A DNA stretch of 64,000 bases, from assembly GCA_946528545.1 (NCBI GenBank), contig CAMMYU010000179.1, forward strand, positions 26,086 through 90,085, given 5' to 3'. The position numbers and the translations under genes were made by a program. Within the stretch, counting starts at the first letter, position 1. Each line of letters starts with the position of its first letter. The notes under the pieces are model-generated. The model saw only the letters and a program-made list of their open reading frames with translations, did no database searches and had not been told where the DNA came from. Source of the stretch: an uncultured Ruminococcus sp. (GTDB taxonomy: Bacteria > Bacillota > Clostridia > Oscillospirales > Ruminococcaceae). Positions 38,371 through 48,025 of this stretch are shown one piece after another.

Positions 38371-39126
38371 GTGAACAATATGAAGAAAAACAGAAAGGGT
38401 TTTACACTGGTCGAAATGATTACAGTTATTGCAATCATCGGAATACTTGCAACAATAATTATACCGACAATATATAATTATGTAAAAAAAGCAAGGATCA
38501 AAGCTGCAATAGCTGATGCAAAAACTATCAAAACTGCAATAGAAAACTCATTAACAGACCACCTGATGCTTGAGGCCGCTGATCCCGGCAACGCATTTAA
38601 CAAGATACTTTATCTTGATCTGGAAACAAAGAAAGGCATGAATGAAAGACAGTATGAGATAGTAGGCTCATTCACTAATGTAAGCTGGGTAATTTACAGA
38701 ACTAATGAGAACAGTATGAGTAAGTCACAGATTCTGGACAAAGTTATAGCCAAAGGTCTTGACAAAGCATTTTCGGAGGAATGGGACACAGGAAAGAAAA
38801 CAAATCCGATGATTTACAACACGGCTTCCAAAAACTGTGAAAAGTTCCTGAAGGATAATAACACTAATTTTGCTATTGTTGCCGTGTATAACAAAGACGG
38901 TGCTGTGCGTATGCTCCAGATATATAGAAAGGGCATACTGGTGACATACATCAACGGTGAGTATATTGCGAATACAAGCGACAATGCTCACTTTGTAGGC
39001 ACAGGCACATGGGATACTATCTATAAAGACAGCGGAATGGATGCTCCCGAAGAGTTCTGTAAGGTAAGTCTTTCAAACAAGCAGATAGGCAATGACGGAA
39101 ATATAGGAGGCTGGTACAACCCCTGA
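38371..39126 (+). CDS. Type IV pilin-like protein (prepilin N-methylation motif); start may be ATG 38380
   Basis: KKNRKG|FTLVEMITVIAIIGILATIIIP. Confidence 0.92.
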   Translation: MNNMKKNRKGFTLVEMITVIAIIGILATIIIPTIYNYVKKARIKAAIADAKTIKTAIENSLTDHLMLEAADPGNAFNKILYLDLETKKGMNERQYEIVGSFTNVSWVIYRTNENSMSKSQILDKVIAKGLDKAFSEEWDTGKKTNPMIYNTASKNCEKFLKDNNTNFAIVAVYNKDGAVRMLQIYRKGILVTYINGEYIANTSDNAHFVGTGTWDTIYKDSGMDAPEEFCKVSLSNKQIGNDGNIGGWYNP

Positions 39127-39163
39127 GCTCAGTGCGCTCAGCCGTTCGGTAAAAGAGAAGAAT

Positions 39164-39197
39164 ACAGGCAGTTCATAAACGAACTGCCTGTTTTTTC
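39164..39197. terminator. Terminator between the pilin gene and spoVG
   Basis: ACAGGCAGTTC-ATAAAC-GAACTGCCTGTTTTTT. Confidence 0.8.
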
Positions 39198-39459
39198 AGT
39201 TGCTTTCCGTGCTTTTGCGGTAAGCCTCTAAAATATCCTCTTCAAGCTCTTGGCGGAAATCCCTCGTCATAGGGTGGACTATATCACGGTATGTGCCGCT
39301 GTCATCACGGCGGCTGGGCATGGCAACGAAAAGGCGCTCGTCACCTTTGACGATCTTAATGTCATGAACTGCGAACATATCGTCAAAGGTCACGCTTACA
39401 ATGCCTTTCAGGCGAGGCTCATCGAAAAGCTTTCTTATTTTTATTTCTGTTACTGTCAT
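39196..39459 (-). CDS. spoVG: Septation regulator SpoVG
   Basis: VSVTFDDMFAVHDIKIV...LFVAMPSRR...YRDIVHP. Confidence 0.95.
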   Translation of the reverse strand: MTVTEIKIRKLFDEPRLKGIVSVTFDDMFAVHDIKIVKGDERLFVAMPSRRDDSGTYRDIVHPMTRDFRQELEEDILEAYRKSTESN

Positions 39460-39562
39460 TTCAAGTCTCCTTTCGGGTCTTTTAATCAGAGTATTGACCG
39501 TTTCGGGAGAAATATTCAGATTTCCGTTCATAGAAAATTTACATAAGATGTATGCACAGCCC

Positions 39563-39591
39563 TTGACATATAGGGGCGGTTTTGTTATAAT
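39563..39591 (+). promoter_or_regulatory. SigA promoter of rplJL
   Basis: TTGACA-N17-TATAAT. Confidence 0.85.
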
Positions 39592-39599
39592 ATTAAAGC

Positions 39600-39740
39600 A
39601 TTCGTATCTAAAGACAGCAGGCGGTGCAGTGCGGTGACTGAGTCATCGGAGTGTATGGAAGTCCTGCCGAGGAAGGAATCGCAAGGTTTATATGTGAACT
39701 TTGTGCTCTTTTGTCTTTGACGAAAGGGTTTCTTTTTTTG
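39600..39740 (+). ncRNA. Ribosomal protein L10 leader
   Basis: AAGACAGCAGG...CCTGCCGAGG motif upstream of rplJ, followed by an attenuator-like hairpin and T run. Confidence 0.85.
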
Positions 39741-39780
39741 GAACGTTTTGCTATCTTAAATTAAGAGAGGTGAAATGACA

Positions 39781-40290
39781 ATGGCAAGTGAAAAGGTACT
39801 GAGCGCTAAGAAGGCAAGAGTTCAGGAGCTGGTTGAGCTTATCAAGAATTCTGAGGCAGGCGTGCTCGTTGATTACAAGGGCATCACTGTTGAGGAGGAC
39901 ACAAAGCTTCGTAAGGAGCTGAGAGAGGCTAACGTCAACTACTTCGTTGAGAAGAACACTATCCTGAGATTTGCTCTTAAAGAGGCTGGTTACGAGTCGA
40001 TGTGCGATGTTCTCGAGGGAACAACAGCTATCGCTATCTCGAATGATGACCAGACTGCACCTGCAAGAATTCTCGGTAAGTTCTCCGAGGACTGCAAGGG
40101 TGAGAAGTTCTTCCTTAAAAACGGCTACATCGGTGAAGAGGTTTATGATGAGGCAGGTGTAAAGGCACTGTCGAAGATCCCTTCGAGAGATGTTCTTCTT
40201 GCACAGCTCGTTGGTTCTCTTCAGGGACCGCTTACAAAGCTGGCTGCAACTCTTCAGGCAGTTGTGGACAAGGAAAACGGCGCAGCTTAA
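39781..40290 (+). CDS. rplJ: 50S ribosomal protein L10
   Basis: VDYKGITVEEDTKLRKELR, EKNTIL, IPSRDVLLAQL. Confidence 0.97.
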   Translation: MASEKVLSAKKARVQELVELIKNSEAGVLVDYKGITVEEDTKLRKELREANVNYFVEKNTILRFALKEAGYESMCDVLEGTTAIAISNDDQTAPARILGKFSEDCKGEKFFLKNGYIGEEVYDEAGVKALSKIPSRDVLLAQLVGSLQGPLTKLAATLQAVVDKENGAA

Positions 40291-40378
40291 CAGCTGCATA
40301 AGCAAGGCGGCATAGCCCGCACAATTCAGGGGTTAAGAACCCCGAAATCAACTAAAATTTATAAAGGAGATTATTATC

Positions 40379-40753
40379 ATGGCTTCAGAGAAGATCACAA
40401 AATTTGTAGAAGATATCAAGACTCTTTCTGTACTTGAGCTTTCCGAGCTCGTAGACGCTATCCAGGAGGAGTTCGGCGTAACAGCAGCAATCGCTGCAGG
40501 TCCTGCTGCAGGTGCAGGCGCAGGCGCAGCAGCTGAGGAGAAGAGCGAGTTCGACGTAGTACTTGCTTCCTTCGGCGATTCCAAGATGCCTGTTATCAAG
40601 GCTGTTAAGGAGATCACTGGTCTTGGTCTTAAGGAGTCCAAGGAGCTCGTTGAGGCTGCTCCTAAGGCTATCAAGGAGGCAGTTGCTAAGGCAGAGGCTG
40701 AGGAGATCAAGGCTAAGCTCGAGGCTGCCGGCGCTACAGTAGAGCTCAAGTAA
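40379..40753 (+). CDS. rplL: 50S ribosomal protein L7/L12
   Basis: [28 protein letters not shown]. Confidence 0.98.
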   Translation: MASEKITKFVEDIKTLSVLELSELVDAIQEEFGVTAAIAAGPAAGAGAGAAAEEKSEFDVVLASFGDSKMPVIKAVKEITGLGLKESKELVEAAPKAIKEAVAKAEAEEIKAKLEAAGATVELK

Positions 40754-40778
40754 TTTAAGCTTTATACACAGTAAAATC

Positions 40779-40804
40779 AAGACCGCCCAATGGGCGGTCT
40801 TTTT
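40779..40804. terminator. Terminator after rplL
   Basis: AAGACCGCCC-AAT-GGGCGGTCTTTTT. Confidence 0.85.
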
Positions 40805-42887
40805 ATATATTCAGTCCTTCAAGAACTGCTCTTATCATCTGTGGAGTTATTTTCTCCATAATGCCGCAGCGTATCTGCCTGAAAACAAGTGCTCCTATCT
40901 TCTGCGAGCCCACATACTCAACTCCGTAGGCGTGCTCTGTTATTTTTCTCTTCTCAGTGACTGTGCCGTCACGGCGCTCAAACAGCCCCGAGGTCAAAGC
41001 CTTTACAGTATCTCCGACAGAATATATCCGTTCGGTAATATTGCTTTCTGAAAGCCTGCCACCAATGTCGGCAATACAGTCGGAAAGCATTGCACCCTTT
41101 GCCTGTCCTGCAAGTGCGCCCTCATAGTCCGCACCGCTGACCTCTGCGAAAACAGCACAGCGTTTTATCTCACAGCGCATAGCCTTGCCGCAGATACCGC
41201 CCGAAGCCATTCCGAAGACCTTACAGTCTTTCAAGGTAATGCCCGTAACGCAAGCGCCCTCGTAAATCACCGAGAACAGCCCCGAATACTCATTTTCACC
41301 GCTGTCGATAACGGCATTTTTTATTATATGACCGTTTCCGTCAAACACTCCTGCGAAGCCGTTACCGTCATCGCCGACAGGGCTTATCGTTTTGCCCTCA
41401 AAGTCAAGATCGGCAGAGAGGGTCACTGTCTGCCCCGAAAAATCCTCGCCGTTTCGGACAAGCTCGGAAAAGCGCTCCCACTCAGCAGTGCTCCTGATAA
41501 TGAGTGCTTCGTCCCTCTCACTCTCGGCAGAGCGCAGCAGCAAAAGTGCATTTTTAAGCTCTGCGGCCGTGCTTTTTCTGCCGATCCTCTGCAAGGCGTA
41601 CACTATCTCACGCTGACAGTAATTCTCACTGAACAGCCTGTTTATTTCAGCCCTGAGCTCCTCTTTCAGTGCCGTCACGTCTTCGTCAGTGTAAGCGAAA
41701 ATGTATGGTGCATAAGCTCCGAGGGTGCTTTCTGATAAATCCTCCCAGCCGTTTGCTGCCTTCGCAAAGGCTATCCCCGAAGCCGTCTGCCTGCCCCTCA
41801 TAGCGGAAATCTGAGGCCTGCTGCCCGAAAGCGTCAGCACAACCGAAAAGCGCTCGCCTTTTTTAAGCTGCACTGCCTTGTCAAGCTCCGCCGAATAAAA
41901 GCCCTTTGCGCCTATCTTCCCAGAAGCACTTGCCATAAGCCTGCCCTCGGGAGCGCCGTTTTCAAGCTCAGTATAAACGCTGAGAGTGTATTCCGCAGGC
42001 TCGGAGCTTACCGAAAGAAAGCCGACAGTGTCAAGGGTTTGCTCGCTGTCAGCCGTAAAAACGCTCGCTGCAGAGACCTTGCCCCCAGCTGAGATATTTA
42101 CCGCAGGAAGCCTGTCCGCAAGCGCATAAGCCTTGCTGTGAGCCTCAGCTGTCTCGAAAACTGTAAAGCCCGAAATGCTCTTGTCCTCATAGGAGATATA
42201 ATAGTATCCGTCCGACGAAACGCTTGCCCCCCATGAGCCCTTTATAAGCCATGCTCCGTCATTTTCGGGGGCGGTAGGGAAATTCTCCTTAGGATAACTG
42301 TCGTCCCAGCCGACTATTGCCGCCGCATGGTTGACTGAAAAAGCCGTCGGACAGTAATAGCTCTCACCGTCATCAGACATATATTTTTTATCGTAATACT
42401 GGCTCACATATACAGCACCGTGCTTTTTGACCGCAAGCTTTATATCCGTCTTGTCGATCTCATACGCCCTTGAAAGGCTGTACTCACTTACCTCGGCTTT
42501 CTCGTCAGAGACTACAGCAGCTTCGGGCTTTGAGCCTATAAAAGGTTCAAACCTCTCATAGCACACTCCCCTGCCCGCTGCGAGGGTAAGCTCTGCCTGT
42601 GCGGCACTGCCCGCCTGCGAGAACGGCTCATCGCCGCCCGATGCCGCAATAAGTGCCGTTTCGGAAAGGTCAACGCTTGCGTTTTCATCACCCTTTGTGA
42701 TGAGCTCCTGCTCTAAGCAGGCAATCGCAGCAAATGCCCAGCAGGCTCCGCTTTTGCCCTGAGAGCTCACCGAGGACACCTTATCCGTACCCCTCGGGTC
42801 ATAAGAGGACAAGCCCTCAGCCTGTACGGGCAGAAGGCAAAGCACACTGTATGCAATTGCGGTCAAAGCTGAGATAAAGCGCTTCAT
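40803..42887 (-). CDS. Secreted papain-like (C1) peptidase with lectin-like and GLUG-type domains
   Basis: QGKSGACWAFA, NHAAAIVGWDD, WLIKGSWG; F.G.FDGNGH.I and GGICG repeats. Confidence 0.85.
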   Translation of the reverse strand: MKRFISALTAIAYSVLCLLPVQAEGLSSYDPRGTDKVSSVSSQGKSGACWAFAAIACLEQELITKGDENASVDLSETALIAASGGDEPFSQAGSAAQAELTLAAGRGVCYERFEPFIGSKPEAAVVSDEKAEVSEYSLSRAYEIDKTDIKLAVKKHGAVYVSQYYDKKYMSDDGESYYCPTAFSVNHAAAIVGWDDSYPKENFPTAPENDGAWLIKGSWGASVSSDGYYYISYEDKSISGFTVFETAEAHSKAYALADRLPAVNISAGGKVSAASVFTADSEQTLDTVGFLSVSSEPAEYTLSVYTELENGAPEGRLMASASGKIGAKGFYSAELDKAVQLKKGERFSVVLTLSGSRPQISAMRGRQTASGIAFAKAANGWEDLSESTLGAYAPYIFAYTDEDVTALKEELRAEINRLFSENYCQREIVYALQRIGRKSTAAELKNALLLLRSAESERDEALIIRSTAEWERFSELVRNGEDFSGQTVTLSADLDFEGKTISPVGDDGNGFAGVFDGNGHIIKNAVIDSGENEYSGLFSVIYEGACVTGITLKDCKVFGMASGGICGKAMRCEIKRCAVFAEVSGADYEGALAGQAKGAMLSDCIADIGGRLSESNITERIYSVGDTVKALTSGLFERRDGTVTEKRKITEHAYGVEYVGSQKIGALVFRQIRCGIMEKITPQMIRAVLEGLNI

Positions 42888-42888
42888 T

Positions 42889-43194
42889 TTAACCTCCCGG
42901 GAGTGTTTGTACATAGACCTCTTTTGCAGTACCGTTCTTGTCGAACTTTATCCAGTAGTACTGCGGCTGATGGCTCGGCATAACAGGTGAGTCATCATCA
43001 CCGATGAGGTAGCCCTTTGTGCTGCCGTACTCCCTGTCAAAGCTGCCGTACTTTGCTTTTATCTCATCAGCAGAGCTGCCCAGCACCGCCCAGTCATTAA
43101 AGCGGAGAGCCGTCCTGTGCGAGACAAAGAAAAGCACAGCACATATCAGTATAAGTGCTGCTGCAAAAACAAGCAGAGCTTTTTTCTTTGTCAT
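42889..43194 (-). CDS. Hypothetical membrane-anchored protein
   Basis: N-terminal TM; translationally coupled to tmcAL. Confidence 0.7.
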   Translation of the reverse strand: MTKKKALLVFAAALILICAVLFFVSHRTALRFNDWAVLGSSADEIKAKYGSFDREYGSTKGYLIGDDDSPVMPSHQPQYYWIKFDKNGTAKEVYVQTLPGG

Positions 43195-44363
43195 TTCATC
43201 ACCGTGATCTTTCGTGTGTATTCGTTTGAGCTTATCCTCCCGTAGGAGAATATCTGCTGTATGCGTGAGGCCTGTATCATAAGCTCCGCCGAGCGCTGTG
43301 CGAAATCAGACTGCTTTCTGAGCTCGCTCAGAGAGGTGCGGCAGTAAAGGCCCTTTTTCTTCTTCACCTCGGCAAGTATCATTGTGCCCGTCTTGTTGAG
43401 AGCAAGTATCCGCCCGAAGGGTATGCCGTCTATATCGCTTTTCGTAAGACCTAAAAGCAGCCCCAGCAGTATCCGCCTTACCTTTGCATAGCTGAGGCTC
43501 TTCGAGGCAATAGCCTTTGCAAGCTCCCGGCTTACAGGCAAATACAGATTGTTTTTAAGTGATGTTCCTATAACAGAGCTCACTCTTGATACAAGTGCCT
43601 CATCGCCGTCGGGGAGCTGCAGCAGTTGTTCAGAGTTTGCAGAAAGCACTGTGTTTATGTAGATAAACTCATCAAAGCGTTTATAATCCGTCGGTACAAG
43701 AGTATGAAACTCATCGGGGATAAATTTCAGAACCGAGGGGTCGGGAAACTTCTCCCTTATAAGCGAAGCAGAGATTGAATGCTCGTCAGCTTCGCCGCTG
43801 TTGTGCGAGGCGCCAAGCCTTTCCACTGCCAGAAGCCCGATATTCGGCATATACTTTTTAGCCGCCCTTATGTACTCGGCGGCGAGCATATCATTGGGGT
43901 TTTGCAGCACCTCGCCTGCCTTTCCTGCGGCAGTGCTCACAGCCTTTGCATAGCCCATTCCCTGTGACATCAGAGAGCGCACCTCTTCGCTGTCGGAAAG
44001 CTCCTCCAGCTTATCGGCAGCACGCCTAAGAAGTGTCAGATTCCCCGATTCGCTCCCGAAGGAGAGCATATCAATAACGCCCTCTCCAAGCTCTGAGAGC
44101 ATTCTCACAGCGTACTCTGCAAATATCGGCGCTCCCGACACAGCATACTGCACAGGCAGTTCCAGCACAAGGTCTGCACCCTCACGGACAGCGGCCTCTG
44201 CTCTGTCAAACTTTGAAAACATCGCAGGAAAGCCTCTCTGCACGCAGTCACCACTCATTACAACGCAGACGGCATCTGCGCCTTCCTCTCGGGTCTTTCT
44301 TATGTGATAGGCATGACCTAAGTGAAAAGGGTCATATTCAGCTATAATACCTGCGACACGCAT
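43191..44363 (-). CDS. tmcAL: tRNA(Met) cytidine acetate ligase (HIGH nucleotidyltransferase)
   Basis: GIIAEYDPFHLGHAYHI, VMSGDCVQRG, FGSE, PNDMLAAEY, SASLIR; divergent from ackA. Confidence 0.9.
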   Translation of the reverse strand: MRVAGIIAEYDPFHLGHAYHIRKTREEGADAVCVVMSGDCVQRGFPAMFSKFDRAEAAVREGADLVLELPVQYAVSGAPIFAEYAVRMLSELGEGVIDMLSFGSESGNLTLLRRAADKLEELSDSEEVRSLMSQGMGYAKAVSTAAGKAGEVLQNPNDMLAAEYIRAAKKYMPNIGLLAVERLGASHNSGEADEHSISASLIREKFPDPSVLKFIPDEFHTLVPTDYKRFDEFIYINTVLSANSEQLLQLPDGDEALVSRVSSVIGTSLKNNLYLPVSRELAKAIASKSLSYAKVRRILLGLLLGLTKSDIDGIPFGRILALNKTGTMILAEVKKKKGLYCRTSLSELRKQSDFAQRSAELMIQASRIQQIFSYGRISSNEYTRKITVMK

Positions 44364-44526
44364 GGGCTCACCTCCAAAAAGAGCTGGATAATTCTGTGCA
44401 AAATGTAAAATGTGATCAAAAGGTCTTGAAATTATGTGCGATTACTGTTATACTAATAGTATATGACATTTTGTCCGTCAAGTCAAGCGGACAGGTCAAA
44501 TAATCTGAGAGGAGAATATTCCCAAT

Positions 44527-45720
44527 ATGAAAATTCTTGTTGTAAACGCAGGCTCGTCATCGCTGAAGTATCAGCTTCTTGATATGACCGATGAGAGCGT
44601 TATCGCAAAGGGCAACGCTGACAGAATAGGCGTTGACGGTCACATAAGCGCAAAGACAGGCGACGGCAGAAAGCTTGAGGCTGACTGCAATTTCCCGACA
44701 CACACCGAGGCTTTTGAAAAGCTCGTTGAGGTGCTTACTACAGGTGAAACAAAGGTTATCGACTCAATGTCTGAGATCGCAGCTGTAGGTCACAGAATAG
44801 TGCAGGGCGCTGAGATATTCAAGGAGACCTGCATGGTAACCGATGAGGTCATTGACCAGATCGACGGTCTTGCTGAGCTTGCACCTGTACATAATCACCC
44901 TCATGCACTGGCACTGAGAGCCTGCAAGGAGGTACTCCCCGAGGGTACACCTCAGGTTGTTGTATTTGATACAGCTTTCCATTCCACAATGCCCAGAAAG
45001 GCATATCTGTTCGGTCTGCCTTATGACTGCTACAAGGATCTGCACGTAAGAAAGTACGGCTTCCACGGTACATCTCACAGGTTTGTATCTGCAAAGCTTG
45101 CTGAGCTTATGGGCAAGGATATAAAGGATCTGAAGATAGTTTCCTGCCACCTCGGAAACGGCTCATCCATCACTGCTGTTGACGGCGGAAAGAGCGTTGA
45201 CACTACAATGGGCTTTACTCCTCTTGACGGTCTTATCATGGGAACACGCTGCGGTGCAGTTGACCCCTCGGCTATACTGTTCGTTATGAAGAAGCTCGGT
45301 CTCAGCCCCGATGAGATGACAGCTTACACAAACAAGAAGTCAGGTTTCCTCGGTCTTTCGGGTATCAGCTCTGACAACAGAGATATCCAGAAGGCAGCTC
45401 TTGAGGGCGACGAGAGAGCACAGGCTACCTGCGAGATGCTCGCATACCAGATCAAGAAGTACATCGGCGCTTTCGCTGCTGCTATGAACGGCGTTGACGC
45501 AGTTATCTTCACAGGCGGTATCGGAGAGAATGCTCCCGAGGTAAGACGTGATGCTCTTACTGATGCTGACTGGCTCGGCATCAAGCTTGACCCTGAGGCT
45601 AACAAGTCCAGAGGCGAGATCAAGAAGATCTCCGCACCCGACTCCAAGGTTGAGGTATGGGTAGTACCTACAAATGAGGAGCTTCTTATCGCAAGAGATA
45701 CACTCGCAATGATAAAGTAA
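44527..45720 (+). CDS. ackA: Acetate kinase
   Basis: NAGSSSLK, GHRIVQG, RKYGFHGTSH, HLGNGSS, TNEEL. Confidence 0.98.
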   Translation: MKILVVNAGSSSLKYQLLDMTDESVIAKGNADRIGVDGHISAKTGDGRKLEADCNFPTHTEAFEKLVEVLTTGETKVIDSMSEIAAVGHRIVQGAEIFKETCMVTDEVIDQIDGLAELAPVHNHPHALALRACKEVLPEGTPQVVVFDTAFHSTMPRKAYLFGLPYDCYKDLHVRKYGFHGTSHRFVSAKLAELMGKDIKDLKIVSCHLGNGSSITAVDGGKSVDTTMGFTPLDGLIMGTRCGAVDPSAILFVMKKLGLSPDEMTAYTNKKSGFLGLSGISSDNRDIQKAALEGDERAQATCEMLAYQIKKYIGAFAAAMNGVDAVIFTGGIGENAPEVRRDALTDADWLGIKLDPEANKSRGEIKKISAPDSKVEVWVVPTNEELLIARDTLAMIK

Positions 45721-45824
45721 TATTCTGATTTTTAAGCCCCGACTTGTTCGGGGCTTTTTTGTTGCAAAAAAAATCATATTGTGGTATAATAGAGCAGAAT
45801 TCATCTGAAACAGGAGAGAACCGA

Positions 45825-47102
45825 ATGAAAACCAAGCTTATCTGCCTGTTGGCTCTGTCGCTTATGCTCAGCGCCTGTGGTAATGAAATTGAAACCGCAA
45901 AGGTCACTAAACAGACCACTGCCGCTGCCTCGCAGACAACAACTTCCGTGAGCACTTCTGCCACCACCACAACTACCGCTTCTGTGACCACAAAAGCTCC
46001 CGAGAAGAAAAAAGAGGAGCTCACCCTTGAATACAAAACCGACCTTGAGGTGTTTGAAAAAATCACTCTCGGGGAGCTGATAACCAAAACCAATGCCGAG
46101 ATAAACGCCCCCGATACTGTTGTCGATACTGCTAAGGTCGGTGAGCAGAAAATGAAGGTAAGCCTTACCCTCGGCGGTGAAAAGCAGGAGACAGAGCTTA
46201 CCTACACTGTTACTGACAGAACTGCGCCCGTGTTCCTATCGGGAGACTATATCAGCGTACCCGTAGGCTCAACCGCTGATTTGTCCGATGTGGGGCTCTA
46301 TGCCGACAACTATGACCCCTACCCTACACTCAGCGTTTCAGAGTCGGTTGACACAAGCTATGCAGGCACTCATCAGGTGCAGGTGACGCTCTCGGACAGC
46401 TCGGGCAATACTGATACACGCACCGTAACTGTCGAGGTCGTTGATCAGGTGTCCTCGTTTATTCAGCCCGATAACGGCTCGCTCAGCTTTTCGGACTATA
46501 TGGCTATGTATCAGGGAGGCGGTGCAGATGTCGGCATAGATGTTTCTGCATGGCAGGGTGTGATAGACTTCAACGCTGTAGCCTCGGAGGGCTGCAATTT
46601 CGTAATGATACGCTCGGCGCACTGCTCGGGCGGATATAATACGGGAGTTGATGACTATTTCCTGCAAAACCTTGATAACGCTCTCTCGGCAGGACTTGAC
46701 TGCGGAGTTTACTTCTACAGTGCCGACAGTGACCCAGAGGAGGTCAGAGCGCACGCTCAATGGCTGGTTGATACCCTCGCAGGAAGAAAGCTCTCAATGC
46801 CTGTAGCCTTCGACTGGGAGGATTTTGGCAACTTCAGAAGCTACGGAATGAGCCTGCATGACCTGAATGAGCTCTACAGGGTGTTCAAGGAGGTAGTAGA
46901 GGGAGCGGGCTACAGATGTATGCTCTACGGAAGCCGAAACTTCCTCAAAACCGCTTGGGACACCGATGGCGAAGACGTATGGCTTGCTCACTATGTAAGC
47001 CAGACCGACTATGACGGGCAGTACTCCCTCTGGCAGACAGGAGTGGGCACTATAAGCGGAATAAACGGTCTTGTAGACCTTGATGTAAGGTACTTTCATT
47101 AA
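45825..47102 (+). CDS. GH25 lysozyme-family lipoprotein with Ig-like stalk
   Basis: Lipobox LSAC, T-rich linker, GIDVSAWQG, FDWE, VDLD. Confidence 0.9.
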   Translation: MKTKLICLLALSLMLSACGNEIETAKVTKQTTAAASQTTTSVSTSATTTTTASVTTKAPEKKKEELTLEYKTDLEVFEKITLGELITKTNAEINAPDTVVDTAKVGEQKMKVSLTLGGEKQETELTYTVTDRTAPVFLSGDYISVPVGSTADLSDVGLYADNYDPYPTLSVSESVDTSYAGTHQVQVTLSDSSGNTDTRTVTVEVVDQVSSFIQPDNGSLSFSDYMAMYQGGGADVGIDVSAWQGVIDFNAVASEGCNFVMIRSAHCSGGYNTGVDDYFLQNLDNALSAGLDCGVYFYSADSDPEEVRAHAQWLVDTLAGRKLSMPVAFDWEDFGNFRSYGMSLHDLNELYRVFKEVVEGAGYRCMLYGSRNFLKTAWDTDGEDVWLAHYVSQTDYDGQYSLWQTGVGTISGINGLVDLDVRYFH

Positions 47103-47188
47103 GAAAAATGCAAGTTTATAAAATAAGACTTGCAAAATGCATAATAATGGTGTATAATAAAGGGTAATATGAATTTCGGAGGGAAATT

Positions 47189-48025
47189 ATGTTCAAGATA
47201 GTTAGAAAGGAAAGGCTCAACTCAGCGGTAGTGCTTCTGGAGATTGACGCTCCTTACATCGCTAAAAAAGCGGAGGCAGGTCAGTTTGTTATCGTCAGAG
47301 CGTCTGAGGAGGGCGAGCGTCTGCCGTTCACCATTGCAGACTATGACAGAGAAAAAGGAAGTATAACTATTATTATACAGGTAGTGGGCGGCTCAACTAT
47401 GGAGATAGACAGTGTAACCGATGAGGGCTATCTGCTCGATGTGGTAGGACCTCTCGGTATTGCTACCGAATACGGCGATGCAAAGCGTGTTGCAGTTGTC
47501 GGCGGAGGTGTCGGCTGTGCCATTGCTTATCCGCAGGCTAAGAAGCTCTTCGGCATGGGCGCTGAGGTCGATGTTATCGCAGGCTTCAGAAGCAAGGATA
47601 TTGTTATCCTCGAAAATGAAATGAAGGCTGCATCGACAGAGCTGCATATCTGCACCGATGACGGCTCATACGGCACTAAGGGCTTTGTAACTAACAAGCT
47701 TGAGGAGCTTATAAACTCAGGCAAAAACTATGATCTGGTTATCGCTATCGGACCTGTTATTATGATGAAGTTCGTTTGCGATATTACAAAGAAATACGGA
47801 ATAAAAACGATAGTTTCGCTCAATCCTCTGATGATAGACGGAACAGGAATGTGCGGCTGCTGCCGTGTTACTGTAGACGGAAAGGTCAGGTATGCCTGTG
47901 TTGAAGGTCCCGACTTTGACGGGCACTTGGTTGATTTCGATGAGCTTATGAGAAGAAACTCCACATATAAAGAGCATGAAAAGGCTCATGTATGCAGACT
48001 GACGGGAGGTGTCCGCAATGGCTGA
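47189..48025 (+). CDS. nfnA: Electron-bifurcating transhydrogenase small subunit
   Basis: GERLPFTIAD, DGTGMCGCCRV...CVEGPDF. Confidence 0.9.
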   Translation: MFKIVRKERLNSAVVLLEIDAPYIAKKAEAGQFVIVRASEEGERLPFTIADYDREKGSITIIIQVVGGSTMEIDSVTDEGYLLDVVGPLGIATEYGDAKRVAVVGGGVGCAIAYPQAKKLFGMGAEVDVIAGFRSKDIVILENEMKAASTELHICTDDGSYGTKGFVTNKLEELINSGKNYDLVIAIGPVIMMKFVCDITKKYGIKTIVSLNPLMIDGTGMCGCCRVTVDGKVRYACVEGPDFDGHLVDFDELMRRNSTYKEHEKAHVCRLTGGVRNG

